A stretch of DNA of 64,000 nt from Eledone cirrhosa (taxonomy: Eukaryota): contig OZ024742.1 in assembly GCA_964016885.1 (NCBI GenBank), forward strand, positions 225,184,001 to 225,248,000, written 5' to 3'. The notes beneath the pieces were generated by a model. It did not search any database. It was not told where the DNA came from and saw nothing but the letters and a program-made list of their open reading frames with translations. Positions 52,094 to 64,000 of this stretch are shown here, piece after piece. The position numbers and the translations under genes are program-made. How positions within the stretch are numbered: the stretch's first letter is position 1; every line of letters begins with the position of its first letter.

Positions 52094-55000
52094 TTAAAAA
52101 GCCACAGTGACCCTGACCACCAGGGCAAGTGCCCTCTCCCAGTTTTCCACCTTTAATTTACAGACACCTGCTAGAGTAGGCCCATTCACTCGGGCCATTC
52201 TTGCCTCTCTCACCCATCTTTCAACAAAATGCTGAGAAGAGAGCACTTCCCTTTCTACCCTGATTTTCCTTTTCAAATGAAATTTGATAAAGTTAATCAG
52301 GGCATCACCGAAGAGGTAAGTGCCCGTCTTCAGCCCTTTCAAACGTGTCCACCATACTATCTCTTTTGCCATGGCCACCAGACAGATAAAAACTGCCTGC
52401 CCTTCCCGGCTGAAGGAAGAGAGCGGGGCAATCCTCACGATGGACTCAGCTGATAGCTGGATCCGTCCTACACGCGACAGCAGGTGTTCGACATAAACCC
52501 ACAAGTCAGCAATGCTCGGACACTGGACGAGTGCGTGCAGGACGGTTTCGTCCCCCTGTGCGCATCTCGGACATGCCCGGCGGACGGCACCTCCATGCCT
52601 GTAGAGTTTATCCCGAACTGGCAAAGCTCCTCGGTAGCACTGCCAGGCCAGGGATTCATGTAAGTTGTCCATAGGCCCCGGCCCGAAAGTTCTTCCGAAG
52701 AGATTGGCTAGTTGATTTTCGTCGACGCCTAGAGTTTCCCCAAGTACGTCGTCGCTCTTCCCCTCCATTAATCCTCTATAGAACGCCAAGGTGGAGTTTC
52801 CACCGATCACATTGCCCGATTGATCGAGGGCTGTCAGCGCCTCAAGACATTCCAGTCTCCAAGCGCTCCCTCTCGGTCTTCGCTTGACCCAGGACTGCAG
52901 CTCCGTCAAGGAGACGAGCTGGGGAAATACGTGTCTAGCAAACGGCGACCACACCTGATCACCGTCGAGGAAGAGGTGGAGATGTCGTAGCCTGAGCGCG
53001 TGTCTGCGCATCATCAGCCACGGCATGCCCAACCCTTCACGTAGCGGGTGTTGACAGCAGATGGACCGCCTGACCATCGGAGCGCGTCCCTTCCACAAAA
53101 AGTGGGAGAGCAAACGCTCCAGCGCAGTCAGGCGGGGCTTAGGACAAGGTACGACGGTCAGGCGGTAGTAGATGACGGACGCGATGTACGCGTTAGCCAC
53201 CTCCGCTCGACCTTTCAGGGATAGCTTCCTCTCCGCCCATTTGTGGGTGAGAGAAGCCACCCTGCTCGTCACCTCGTCCCAGTTTTTGTCCGTCTGGAGG
53301 TCCGGACCGAACCAGATCCCTAGCAATTTAACCGGTCCGCCCGTCCAGCGCTCGGCGACGCTGTTGGACGGCATGGACCTGCCTCTTCAGGTGCCGAGCT
53401 GCAGGCCCACTGACTTTCCCTGGTTGATCATTGCTCCTGTCACCGCTTCGTATTCTCTTAATGTAGTGCCGATCGCCTCGATGTGTTTGGCGTTCGACAC
53501 CACTACGGTGACATCGTCCGCAAATGCTGACACGGATATTCCGCATCCAAGTTCGCGCGGGACCCCCCCCTCAACGTCTGCAGTTTGTGCAGTAATGGCT
53601 CGAGAGTCAATACGTACAAGAGGGACGAGAGGGGACATCCTTGGCGGACCGAGCGCATGATGTTGAACGGTTCCGACAGGTGACCGTTCACTCTCACCAC
53701 AGAGCAGATGTCGCTGTGCATGGCAGCGATCCAGCCTCTAAAGACGGGCCCAAAGCCAACCGCCCTCAGGACTGCCGCTAGGTAACGATGGTCGACCCTA
53801 TCGAAAGCTTTCGACTGATCTAAATTGATCAAGGACCCACCCGTGCCAGGTTCCCTAGCTACCCTCTCTACGATGTATCGCATGAGGTGGAGGTTGTCGT
53901 GGATGGATATGTTGGGAATGGCGCATGTCTGCGCCTCTCCCACCAGACCACCAACGACAAGCGCCAACCTCTTTGCTAGCACCTTGGCCAAAATCTTGAA
54001 CTCTGTGTTTAGCAGAGTTATGGGCCTGAAATTATCTATGTTATCCCCCTTGTTCGGATCCTTTCTCAGCAGCGCCACAGCTCCCCGTCTCACAGAGCTG
54101 GGAATTCTCCCGTTCTGTTGCCAGTTGCAGTAGACGTCCGCCAAGAGGCCTCCGAACAAGTCTGGCATCTGTACGTAAAGTTCATAGGAAAGACCATCCA
54201 AACCAGGCGATTTACCCCTTGTGCAGCCAGTCATTTCCTCCCGTACTTCAGCGGCTGTTATCGGCTTTTCGCAACACTTCGCCTCAGTGGCCGAGAGCCG
54301 CGGCAGTCCGTCGAGGTAGACACTAAAGTCCATCCCTCGATTCGACCCTTCGCTGCCCCCGAACAGCTGGGCGAAGTGTCGCTGGAAAGCTTCACACATT
54401 TGTCCGGGATCGAGTAGCATGCGCCCGTCGTTGTCCACCAAAGACCGGATCGTGGCTTTGTTGCCACGACGCGCCTCCGCCATTCGGGCCCATTGAACGG
54501 CTTTCGTCCCCTCGTGTCTGAGAGCACGCACCCTAGTTCTGACAACGCAGCCTTCGTGCTTTGCATTGAAGAATTGGTCAAGGGCCAATTTCGCCGCAAG
54601 TACGTCGGTCGCGATGCCTTTGCTAAGCGCCTCGTCTAATTTTCTAACTAGTTCTCCCTCTGCTCTATTTTTCTCTATTGCTAAAGCCTTACTAAACCTA
54701 ATGGACTCTATTCTAATCGCTTTTTCAGAGCAAACCACCACTTGTTGTTGATGATGGCCCCCATCAACGCCCGCTAAACTAGTTCGCTAATCCGGTCTCT
54801 GTAGGCCTTGCGCGCTGGTAAGGACGCGTTTAGCTTCCAGTAGCCGGGTCCTCGTCTATGAAACCTATCTAAGTCAAGCACACAGATCACGAATTTGTGG
54901 TCCGTGTAGCTGACTATCTTGAATTGTGGACAGCCTATGCTAGACCTATCTATTTCCCTGCAAAATACTCTATCTAGATATGATCTGGATGACCCTATGC

Positions 55001-55577
55001 AATTTGTCCAAGTCCACATTGGCACATTCGGGAAATCCAATCGGTACCTGTCAGACAGTTCAAAACGCCTGAGCAGGTTGGTGAGGCTCTTTCCCCCTCC
55101 TCCCCTATCCGCTAATCCCACACAGTCCGAGCGTGCATCTAAGATCCCATTCCAGTCGCCCACTAACACTAAAGAGCGGGACGTTCCAAGAAAGGTCTCC
55201 AGACGCCGGAAGAAATCAAGCCGCCCTGCTCATGTCGGGGCATAGACGGCCACTAGCCTGAAAGCTTGCCCGTCTCCGCTGGTCACGTCCAGGACCACCA
55301 ACTTACCCTCTGGGTCCAGGAAGATGGCCCGTATGGCGAGATCCAAACCTCTCCGAAAAAGCACAGCAACTCCTCCCCCCGATCCAGGACGGCTGGGAGA
55401 TGCGTACACATCGTAGCCGCCGAAGATCGGTGCGAAGGCCCGTGCTTCGGAGATTCTGGTCTCGCTGATGGCCACTACATCTATGTTTAGTGACCTGAGG
55501 TCGTTGAGCAGGTGACCCTGCTTCCATGACGACCCCAAGCCATGCGCATTTATGCTGCCTAATCTGAGTGAAGTCAT
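52094..55577 (-). pseudogene. ORF2: APE endonuclease + reverse transcriptase + C-terminal Cys/His motif, frameshifted
   Basis: AISET, VYAP, GDWN, SYLDR, TDHK; KSPGLDG, FRPITLLN, DQSKAFDRV, VRQGCPLS, FADD; CPRC..ETVLHALVQC across five ORF pieces. Confidence 0.92.
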
Positions 55578-55611
55578 GTTGAAATGGAGTGGAGAAGATG
55601 GGAAAGACCAC

Positions 55612-57425
55612 TTACCTTACTTCTCGTAGAAGAAGGATAGTTTCTCCACCCTTTTCACTGCTTGTGGCCTCCTCCGGAAGGATGTCCTTATAAATCCTCC
55701 TGGAGAGTGCTTGTCGGAAGTCTCCGATGTCTTTGGGGAATTTTTGTTTTAGTGTCGTGTACGTTTTCTGTGTGATGCGAGTGATTTGTATGTGTGGAGG
55801 TGGTGTGAACTTTTGGGCTGTTGTGTAGTCTCTTTCTGTGATGCTGGTGTTGTGTTGGATGTAGTGTAATAATTGGTTTTTGTTCAAATTTAATGCTGTG
55901 TAGTGTGTATCGTTTTGGTTGTTTTGTTTTGTTTGCGTTTGTTGTGGGTTTGTTTCTGTTTCGCTTTTTGGTGACTTTTGTGGTGTTGGTGATGGTGGTG
56001 TTGGGGTTAATGATGGTGATGGTGTTGGTGTTTGTGGTGATGGGGTTGGTGATGCTGGTGTGGATGGTGGCATAGCTGTCCTAACTTTTTTGTTTGATAG
56101 TTTATTTGTTTCCCTCTGTATTTTGTTTTTGAAGGGGGAAGGAATAGCATTTTTTCTTTTTTGGTTTCTTTTTCTTTTTTTCTTTTTTCGTGATACCGTT
56201 TCCCACTCCTCGTCGTCACAATCTGTCTCCAGTTGCGATAGGTCGGGGAGTGGAAAATCCTCCACAGGCGTTGGTTTTGGTTGTGGCGTGGTGGATGGTG
56301 TAGGCGCTGGTGCTAGTTCTGACGCGTTGGGTGGTGGTGGTGGTGGTTTTGCTACTGTTGCTGGGGTTGTTGCTGTTACAGTTTCTTCTGTTGTTGCTGC
56401 TACAGTTGTTGCTGCCATTTCTGCTGCTGGTGGTGTTGATGGTTGAGTCACTGGGGTGGGTAAGAGAGGTGGCCTCAACCTTTTAGCCTGAGGGCAGAAA
56501 GCCCTTAGGTGGGTTCCTTCACGACAAACGACACACCTAGGCCTTCTGCCCTGGACTATTACGGTGAGGTGGCTGCCGTCAGTGAGGTCTATTACCTCTG
56601 GGATCTCCTCAATGCTTTTTTGGTCCGCTTGGATCAAGAGCTCCATCCCAGATCCGGACCAGTTCTCCTGCTTTTCTTTCGCTATTTCGATTATCTTGGT
56701 GTTGGCCTCGATGCCGGCGAGGACGGCAGCCATTAGCCAGGGAATTTCGATGGCCGGTGGAACGTGGGTCACCCTGATCTTCACGAGTCTCTGGCCACAA
56801 TATCTTGGGACGAGTGTGAAGTCGTTACTTCTTAATGGGGCCATGCAGTGTTCTCTGGCCTCCTGTGGTGTTTCAAAGAACACGTCCACGGTTCCATATT
56901 TCTGCCCACGTCTGATGTGGGTTTTTTTTGCCCACATATGTCCCAAAGCTTTTTGGATTTGGAACTCGGATGCCCGTTCCAATCGGCGCGATTTTATGTT
57001 AATCGTCCGATAAGACACGGTGCATAGGCGCCGATGCTCCATTTTATTAGGTGTGTGGGGGGGATGAGGCTGACCCTGTACCCATCTTTCTTTACCATTC
57101 TTTTGGCTTCTTCTAATTCCTCCTGAGTTACCTGGAATGCTTCGCACTTTTTTGCTACTCTGGCAAAAGACAGGGTGGTTTTCTTAATTTCATTGTTGCT
57201 GTTGTTGTTATCGTTATTTTTGTTATTGTTAATTTTAGTTTCAGTTGTGGTAGTGGTGGCGTCAATGGTATTCGGTGTGGAAGAGTTCATTTTGGGTGAA
57301 TTCATTTCGATATCACGAGATAATTTATTTTTTTCTTTTGTTTCTGTTGTCGCTGTGGTGGGGGTGGCGGGTTCAACACCTGCAGTCATTGGTAATGGCG
57401 GGAAATGTATGTCTGCTTGAGACAA
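55612..57425 (-). pseudogene. ORF1 (gag-like, single CCHC zinc knuckle), one frameshift
   Basis: CVVCREGTHLRAFC knuckle, Pro/Thr-rich and basic segments; immediately upstream of ORF2. Confidence 0.85.
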
Positions 57426-57746
57426 ATTTAAAATATTGCTACTGCTTATATTTTTAGTGTTGGCAAACGTAGTAATATTTACAATGGTGGTGTCGGTGTG
57501 AGGTGTTAGTTTGTGAGGAAGGTGTGACTCTGAGTCGTCTATGAGTTTTTCAAAGAAAATTTTTTGTTTGATAATTATAAAAGTTTAAATTTTTGGCTCA
57601 TTTTGGGTGTCCTTTTCAGAAAACGTTGTATGTGCACTTATATACAATTAACAATAAAAAATTTTCCATAAATGGCAATTTTAAACAACTGAAACCAACA
57701 AACCTTTGCGGAGCTCACGATAATACGATTTACTACGTAGGTCGCC

Positions 57747-58131
57747 AATAATAATAATAATAATTGTTTCTACTTTTGGCACAAGACCAGCAATTACCCA
57801 GTGTTTTACTAGTACTTTATTTTATCAACCCCGTAAGGATGAAAGGCAAAGTAACTTCGGCGGGATTTGAACTCAGATCATAAGGGCCGTAACTCTATGC
57901 TGCAAAGCATGGCGTCCGACTCTCAACCGATACTGCCAATCCATAATAATAATAATAGCAACAATAATTGTTTCTACTTTTTGGCACAAGGCCAGCAATT
58001 ACTCAGTGCATTACTGGTACTTTATTTTATCGACCTCGTAAGTTAACCTTGGCGGGATTTGAACTCAGAATGGAAAGGGCCGTAACTCTATGCGTCAAAG
58101 CATGGCGTCCGACCCTCTACCGATACTGCCA
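57747..58131 (-). mobile_element. Two tandem SINE copies
   Basis: Reverse complements of the 35785 SINE separated by (AAT)n. Confidence 0.88.
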
Positions 58132-58203
58132 ATAATAATAATAATAATAATATTAACAACAACAATAATAATAATGTTGATGATGATGATGATGATCATC
58201 ATC

Positions 58204-58870
58204 ATTTCTTTTATTGACCACAATGACCCGTGGCAGTAGAAACAATATGAGGATGGAAAAAACAATACAGAATGGGCTTTACATCCGGTAAAAGAAAGAG
58301 GACACCAACAAAGGGAAAACAGTAACTATAACAATAATAATGGTTTCTTTATTAGCTATATAGGGTTGACATTAAGAAAACATTAAAGACGGCACAGAAC
58401 AATGAAGTGTGGGGTTTTGTGCGTAAAAAGATTATAACAAAAACTAAATAAACAAACATGAAAATTATCACAAAACAATTGCCCCAATTGGATGCAGAGT
58501 GACATCCAAGAATAACTTGTGGAGAAAGCTCACAAAAAGCCATGAACCCTGACCCCAAGAGCAAAGGCCCTCTCCCAGTTGTCCTCCTCTAATCTACAGG
58601 CGCATACTCAGAGCAGGTCCATTCACTCAAACCATGCTTGCCACTCTCACCTACGTTTCAACAGACTAGCTGGAAGGTAGCACTTCCCTCTCCATCCTGA
58701 TTTTCCTCTTCAAATGAAACATGAAAAAGTGAAACAGGGCTTCGCCGAAGAGGAAAGTGCTTGTCTTCAACCCTTTCAAACGACCTCTTTCACCATGGCC
58801 AGGCAGATAAAGCCTGATTGACCTTCTCGGGGCTATCTTTAGGATGGACTCAGCTGATAGCCAGAGCCTC
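58204..58870 (-). mobile_element. Two stacked 3'-end fragments of L1/Tx1-like LINEs (~58204-58330 and ~58341-58870)
   Basis: Each begins with the TTTCTTTTATT 3' terminus; the second retains LSAESI..FHLKRKIRMEREVL. Confidence 0.75.
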
Positions 58871-58996
58871 AAGGGCATCGGTTTAAGGAAACATTACAAA
58901 GACAAGTTATAACATGAAGGTCGGGTTTATATAGAAATGAGGGAAAAAATAATACTATTAATACTATTTCTGCTGCTCTGCTACTACTACTACTAC

Positions 58997-59041
<45 letters not shown>

Positions 59042-59315
59042 TTTCATTTATTGACCACAAGGGCCGACATATAGGGGACAATACAAAAGACTGGGACAGT
59101 GGGGTTTTACAGAAAAATCGAGTAAACAATATGAATAAACAAAGTAACAATAACAAAGTAACAATAAAGTAACAATGAAATTACAACAAGAAAAAAATTC
59201 CCCAATAGGGGGGATGACCACCTAGGGTTCGCTCAGGTACCCCACCAGTCCTGAACGACCCGACGCTTCGAGAGGTCCCTGGAAGGGCACCCCTCTCCTC
59301 TTCAAATGTACCTAC

Positions 59316-62300
59316 CTACAGCCGCATGACCAGAGTAGGCCCACTCACACGGGCCATTCTCGCCACATTCACCCACCTTTCAGCAAATGTACTGGGGGGC
59401 AGCACTTCTCTCTCCACCCTCACCTTCCTTTCCAAGTGAAACTTGAAAAAGTTGATGAGGGATTGGCCGAAGAGAAAAGTGTCTGTCTTCAGTCCTTTCA
59501 ACCTCGTCCACCATACAACCTCTTTCGCTACTGCCACCAGACAGAGGAAAATTGCCTGCCCTTCCTGGTCAAAAGAAGGCGGCGGGTCGATCTTCACTAT
59601 GGACTCGGCCGATAGCCGGATCCGTTCTACACGCGACAGCAGCTGTTCAACATAACTCCACAAGTCAGTAATGCACGGACACTGGACGAGTGCGTGCAGA
59701 ACGGTTTCGTCGCTCTGCGCGCATCTCGGGCAGGTCTGTCTGACAGCACTTCCGTGCCTGTAGAATTTATCTCGAACCGGCAGTGCCCCCCGGCAGCACT
59801 GCCAAGCGAGGGATTTTTGGAAATTATCCATCGTCCCCGGCTCGAAAGTCCTCCGGTACAGACTGGTTAGTTCGACTTCGTTGACTCCCAGAGCCTCTCC
59901 GAGTGCGTCGTCGCACTTGCCCACCACTAATCCTCTATAGAACTCGAGAGTGGAAGTTCCACTGACCGCATTGCCCGCCTGGTAGAGGGCAGTGAGTACC
60001 TGGCAACATTCCAGATGCCAGTCACCCAGTCTCGGTCTCTTCTTGACCCAGGACTGCAACTCAGTCAAAGAAACGAGCTGCGGAAAGGCCTGTCTGACAA
60101 ACGGCGACCACACCTGTTCACCGTTTAGGCAGAATATCTGGAGATGCCGCAGCCTCAGCGCGTGCCTGCGCATCATTAGCCACGGCATGCCCAGCCCTCC
60201 ACGTAGAGGGTGCTGGCAGCAGATGGACCGCCTCACCAGCGGAACCTGACCCCTCCACAAGAATTTGAAGAGGAGCCGCTCCAAGATGGCGAGGCGCGGA
60301 CGGGGGCAAGGGACGACAGTTAGACGGTAGTAGATGACGGACGTGATGTACGCGTTCGCCACCTCCGCCCGACCTTTCAGTGATAGCTTCATCCCAGCCC
60401 ATTTCTGGGTGAGACTGATTACCCTGCCCGTCACCTCGTCCCAATTCTTATCCACCTGGAGGTCTGGCCCGAACCAAACCCCTAGCAACTTTACCGGTCC
60501 GTCCGTCCAGCGCCTAACGACGCTGTTGGACGGCATGGACTTGCCTCTCCAGGTGCCGAGTTGCAAGCCTACTGACTTTTCCGAGTTAAGTTTTGCTCCC
60601 GTCAACCTTTCATATTCCTCCGCTTCACGGTGATGTCGTCCGCATAAGCCGACAAGGCCTTTCCGCGTCCGGTTCGAGCGGGATGCCCTGCAACAGCTCC
60701 AGCTTCCGCAGTAAAGGCTCGAGAGTCAATACGTACAGAAGGGAGGAGAGATAGCACCCTTGACGGACCAATCGGGAGACCTGAAACGATTCCGAGAGGT
60801 GGCCATTAATTTTGACCATCGAGCAGGTGCCGCTGTGCATGGCAGCGATCCAGCTTCTGAAGACGGGGCCGAAGCCAGCCGCCTTGAGGACAGCCTCCAG
60901 GTACCGATGGTCGACCCTATTGAATGCTTTCGATTGATCTAAATTGATCAGAGCCCCACCGAAGCCAGGTTTACACCCTACCCTCTCTATGATGTATCGT
61001 ATTAGGTGGAGGTTGTCGTGTATGGACCTGGTTGGGATTGCGCAAGTTTGCGCCTCCCCAACCAAATCCCCGACGACAAGCGCCAATCTCTTCGCTAACA
61101 CCCTGGCCAAAATCTTAAACTCTGTGTTGAGCAGAGTTATGGGCCTGAAATTGTCTAATGTGTCCCTCTTGTTCTCGTCTTTCCTTATCAGCGTGACTAC
61201 GCCCTGGCTCACAGAACTGGGAATACTCCCGTTTTGCTGCCAGTTGCAGTTGAGGGCTTCGAGGTGATTGGAGAAAAAGTCTGGCATATTTATGTAAAGC
61301 TCGTAGGGCAGACCATCCAAACCGGGTGACTTGCGCCTCATGCAGCCTACAAGGGCATCCTGAATCTCGGCTGAAGTAATTGGCTTTTCGCAGCGCCCAG
61401 CGTCAGCCGTCGAGAGTTGCGGCAAGCCATCGAGGTAGGGACTGAAGTCCGCCACCATCTCTGACCCGCCACTTCCCCCGAACAACCGAGCAAAATGTTG
61501 GCGAAAGGCCTCACACATCCTCTTGGAATCGCTCAGCTCGTGCCCGTCTCGGTCCGTCAAAGACCGAATCGTGGTTTTATTACCACGCTGCGCCTCTGCC
61601 ACGCGGGCCCATCGAACAGCTTAGGTTCCCTCGTTTCTCAGAGCACGCGCCTTAGCTCTGACAATGCAACCTTCGTGTTTCGCATTGAAGAAATAGTCTA
61701 ATGCCATTCTCGCCGCTAGCACATCAGTTGCAATGCCACTACCAATAGCCTCGTCTAACTTATCTACCAACTCCCCCTCCTTTCTATTTTTCTCTAATGC
61801 TACTTCTTTGCTAAACTCTATCGACATTACTCTAATCTCTCTTTTGAGAGCCCCCCACCATCTATTGTTGACAACTCCCTCTGTCAACTTTTTCTTAACT
61901 AAATTGTTGACCTGGTCCCTGTAAGCCTTACGTGCCGGAAATGACATGTTTAGCTTCCAGTAACCAGGTCCTAACCTACGCATCTTATCTAGGTTGACCA
62001 TACAGATCACAAACTTGTGATCTAAATAGGCGACCGTTTCAAAACGTGGACAGCTTACACTATTTCTGTCTATTTTCCTAATGAATATCCTGTCTATATA
62101 CGATCTAGATGACCCTATGCGGTTAGCCCAGGTCCACACTGGCGCATTATGGAAATCTAGTCGGTACCTGTCAGACAGTTGGAACTGGCTGATCAGGTTC
62201 TTGAGGCTTTTGCACCCCCCGCTCCTATCGGATACTCCCACACAGTCCCAGCGTGCGTCTAAGATGCCGTTCCAGTCCCCCGCTAACAGTAATGGGCGAG

Positions 62301-62697
62301 ACGTACCCAGAAAGGCTTCCAGGCGTCTAAAGAAGTCCGGCCGTCCTGTCACAGTAGGAGCATAGACGGCCACCAGTCTAAAGGCACCACCTTCATTATT
62401 GTTCACGTCCAGGACCACCAACTTCCCGTCCGGGTCCCGGAAGATAGACCTTACCTCGAGATCCAGGCCTTTCCTAAACAGCACTTTCACCCCGCCTCCC
62501 ATTCCCGGCCGGCTAACAGATACAAAGATCTGATAGTTGTCGAAAATGGGGGCTAGTGCGCGCGTGTCAGAAATCCTGGTCTCGCTGACTGCAATTACAT
62601 CCATTTCTATAGACCTGAGGTCGTTGAGCAGGTGACCCTGCTTCCAGGACGATCCCAGGCATCGAACATTTAAACATCCTACTCTTAATACGGCCAT
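59316..62697 (-). pseudogene. ORF2 (APE endonuclease + RT + Cys/His motif), disrupted
   Basis: Same motifs as 52094-55577; breaks near 61620 and 60620. Confidence 0.92.
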
Positions 62698-62728
62698 GTT
62701 GGCAGGTTAAACAGAGAGAGAGGAAGGT

Positions 62729-64000
62729 TTACTTACCTTCCGGGCTCTTGTGAAGGTCGGGTTGTTCGACCTCCATAGTTAGTGGGGTTTCTTTTGGGAA
62801 CCCCTTTAAAAGTCTTGAAGTGGGTTTTACGTTCGGAGTTCCCACGTCCCGAGGAAAGCTGTCTCGTATTTCTTTGAATATGTCGAGCGACATTCGCACC
62901 AGAACCAAATCTTCCGGCACGCGAAATGTGCTCGATTTAAAAATTTTCAAATCTTTTTGTATATTTTCACTTCGTGCTATGAGGGCCATCAGTTCCTTGT
63001 TGGCCCTCCTGACGAACACAAAGTTTTGTATGTTTTGTTGGTGTGATTTTATTTGTTTGCGTGGCTGTGGTAGTGATGGTTTTGGTGGTGTTGTTTCGGT
63101 TGTATCTGTGTTTGTTGTGAGTGCGGTGTCTGTGGTTTCAGATGTTTGTGTGTATATTTGTCCTTGCGTCTGTTTCGGTTGTTTGCGTTTGGGGGATTCT
63201 GGATGGTGATGGTGATGGTGGTGTTGGTGTTGGTGTTATTGGAGAGATGTTTGCGTGGGTGGTGTCTGCGTTTTTTATTGTGGGTGCTTTTGTGCTTTGT
63301 TGAGTTTTTTTTTTTCTTTTTGTGTTTCCTTTTTTGTATTTTGGGGGATTTTGGATTTCCATCATTTTCACTACTGGTAGATGAGGGGTCTGTGTCTGTA
63401 AGTGTGTCTGTATGTATGTTTAAGGTTTTATTGGTGTGTGTATTTTTTTTTTGGGGGGGGATTTGACAGCTTTCCTCGTTTCCCCCCTGGGTGGTCAATG
63501 TTGGTGGTGGTCTTTCTATTGGTGTTGTTGTTGGTGGTTTTGCCGGTGCAGGTGTTGGTTGTGGTCCTCGCCCCGGCGTCGGCAGCAGTGGAGCCTTTCG
63601 ATCCCTTGCCTCTTTCAGCAGTTGAGGGCAGAAGGCTTGCAAATGGGTTTTTTCCCCCACAAACAAAACACTGCGGCCTTTTGCCTTCGGTCATAATGTG
63701 AATGACAGTCCCATTCTGAAGGCGGATGTGGTCTGGGATTGTCTTCACATTCTCGAGCCCGATCTGGAGAAGGATCTCCAGGTCAACCCCGGACCAGTCC
63801 TCTCTGGCCGTTCTGGTCACTTCTATAGGGACTGCATCTGTCCCCTCCACAATCACACATCCCAGAAGCCACCACATGTCAAGTCCTGGTGGGATTCTGG
63901 GAATGCGGAGACGGGCCGTTCTTTTTCCCATGTGGGAGGGGTACATTATGACCTTGCTGGTTTTGCAAGGAGTCATAGCGTGTTTCATAGCGAGGGCTTC
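62729..64000 (-). pseudogene. ORF1 (gag-like zinc knuckle), frameshifted, partial
   Basis: GKRPQCFVCG / KTHLQAFC knuckle split by a frameshift; homologous to ORF1 at 55612. Confidence 0.8.

Larger units (their letters stand above)
51911..57746 (-). mobile_element. Full-length L1/Tx1-like non-LTR retrotransposon flanked by (AAT)n on both sides
   Basis: 5' UTR, ORF1, ORF2 and a 3' UTR with AATAAA followed by an (ATT)n tail; several frameshifts. Confidence 0.92.
59041..64000 (-). mobile_element. Second L1/Tx1-like LINE (distinct subfamily), 5' end beyond the window
   Basis: (AAT)n tail, AATAAA, ORF2 in three pieces, frameshifted ORF1. Confidence 0.92.

Overview
Eukaryotic, AT- and microsatellite-rich, repeat-dominated window with no recognisable host protein-coding gene. 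The tRNA-derived SINE with an (ATT)n tail and the microsatellite density suggest a cephalopod (Octopus-like) genome; this is inference only. Conventional content: two long L1/Tx1-like LINEs (51.9-57.7 kb and 59.0 kb to the window end) plus fragments stacked with SINEs in (AAT)n tracts, a 5'-truncated CR1-type LINE inside a 9.5-kb 40-bp satellite, a decayed Penelope-like (Naiad-type RT + GIY-YIG) element, a non-autonomous Helitron, MITEs and minisatellites. The main signal is a set of hammerhead-ribozyme (HHR)-bearing non-coding repeats. These are a near-perfect 310-bp array (~25 copies, one type I HHR each), a 466-bp array with a different HHR, a back-to-back HHR palindrome, two solitary type I HHRs, and a repeat family whose HHR segments occur in a non-circularly permuted (pseudoknotted) order. 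Several share one geometry with the Penelope-like element: insertion in (TA)n, antisense arm on the left, sense arm on the right. This suggests retrozyme-like circular RNAs copied by twin-primed reverse transcription. All structures were paired by eye and ribozyme activity is untested.
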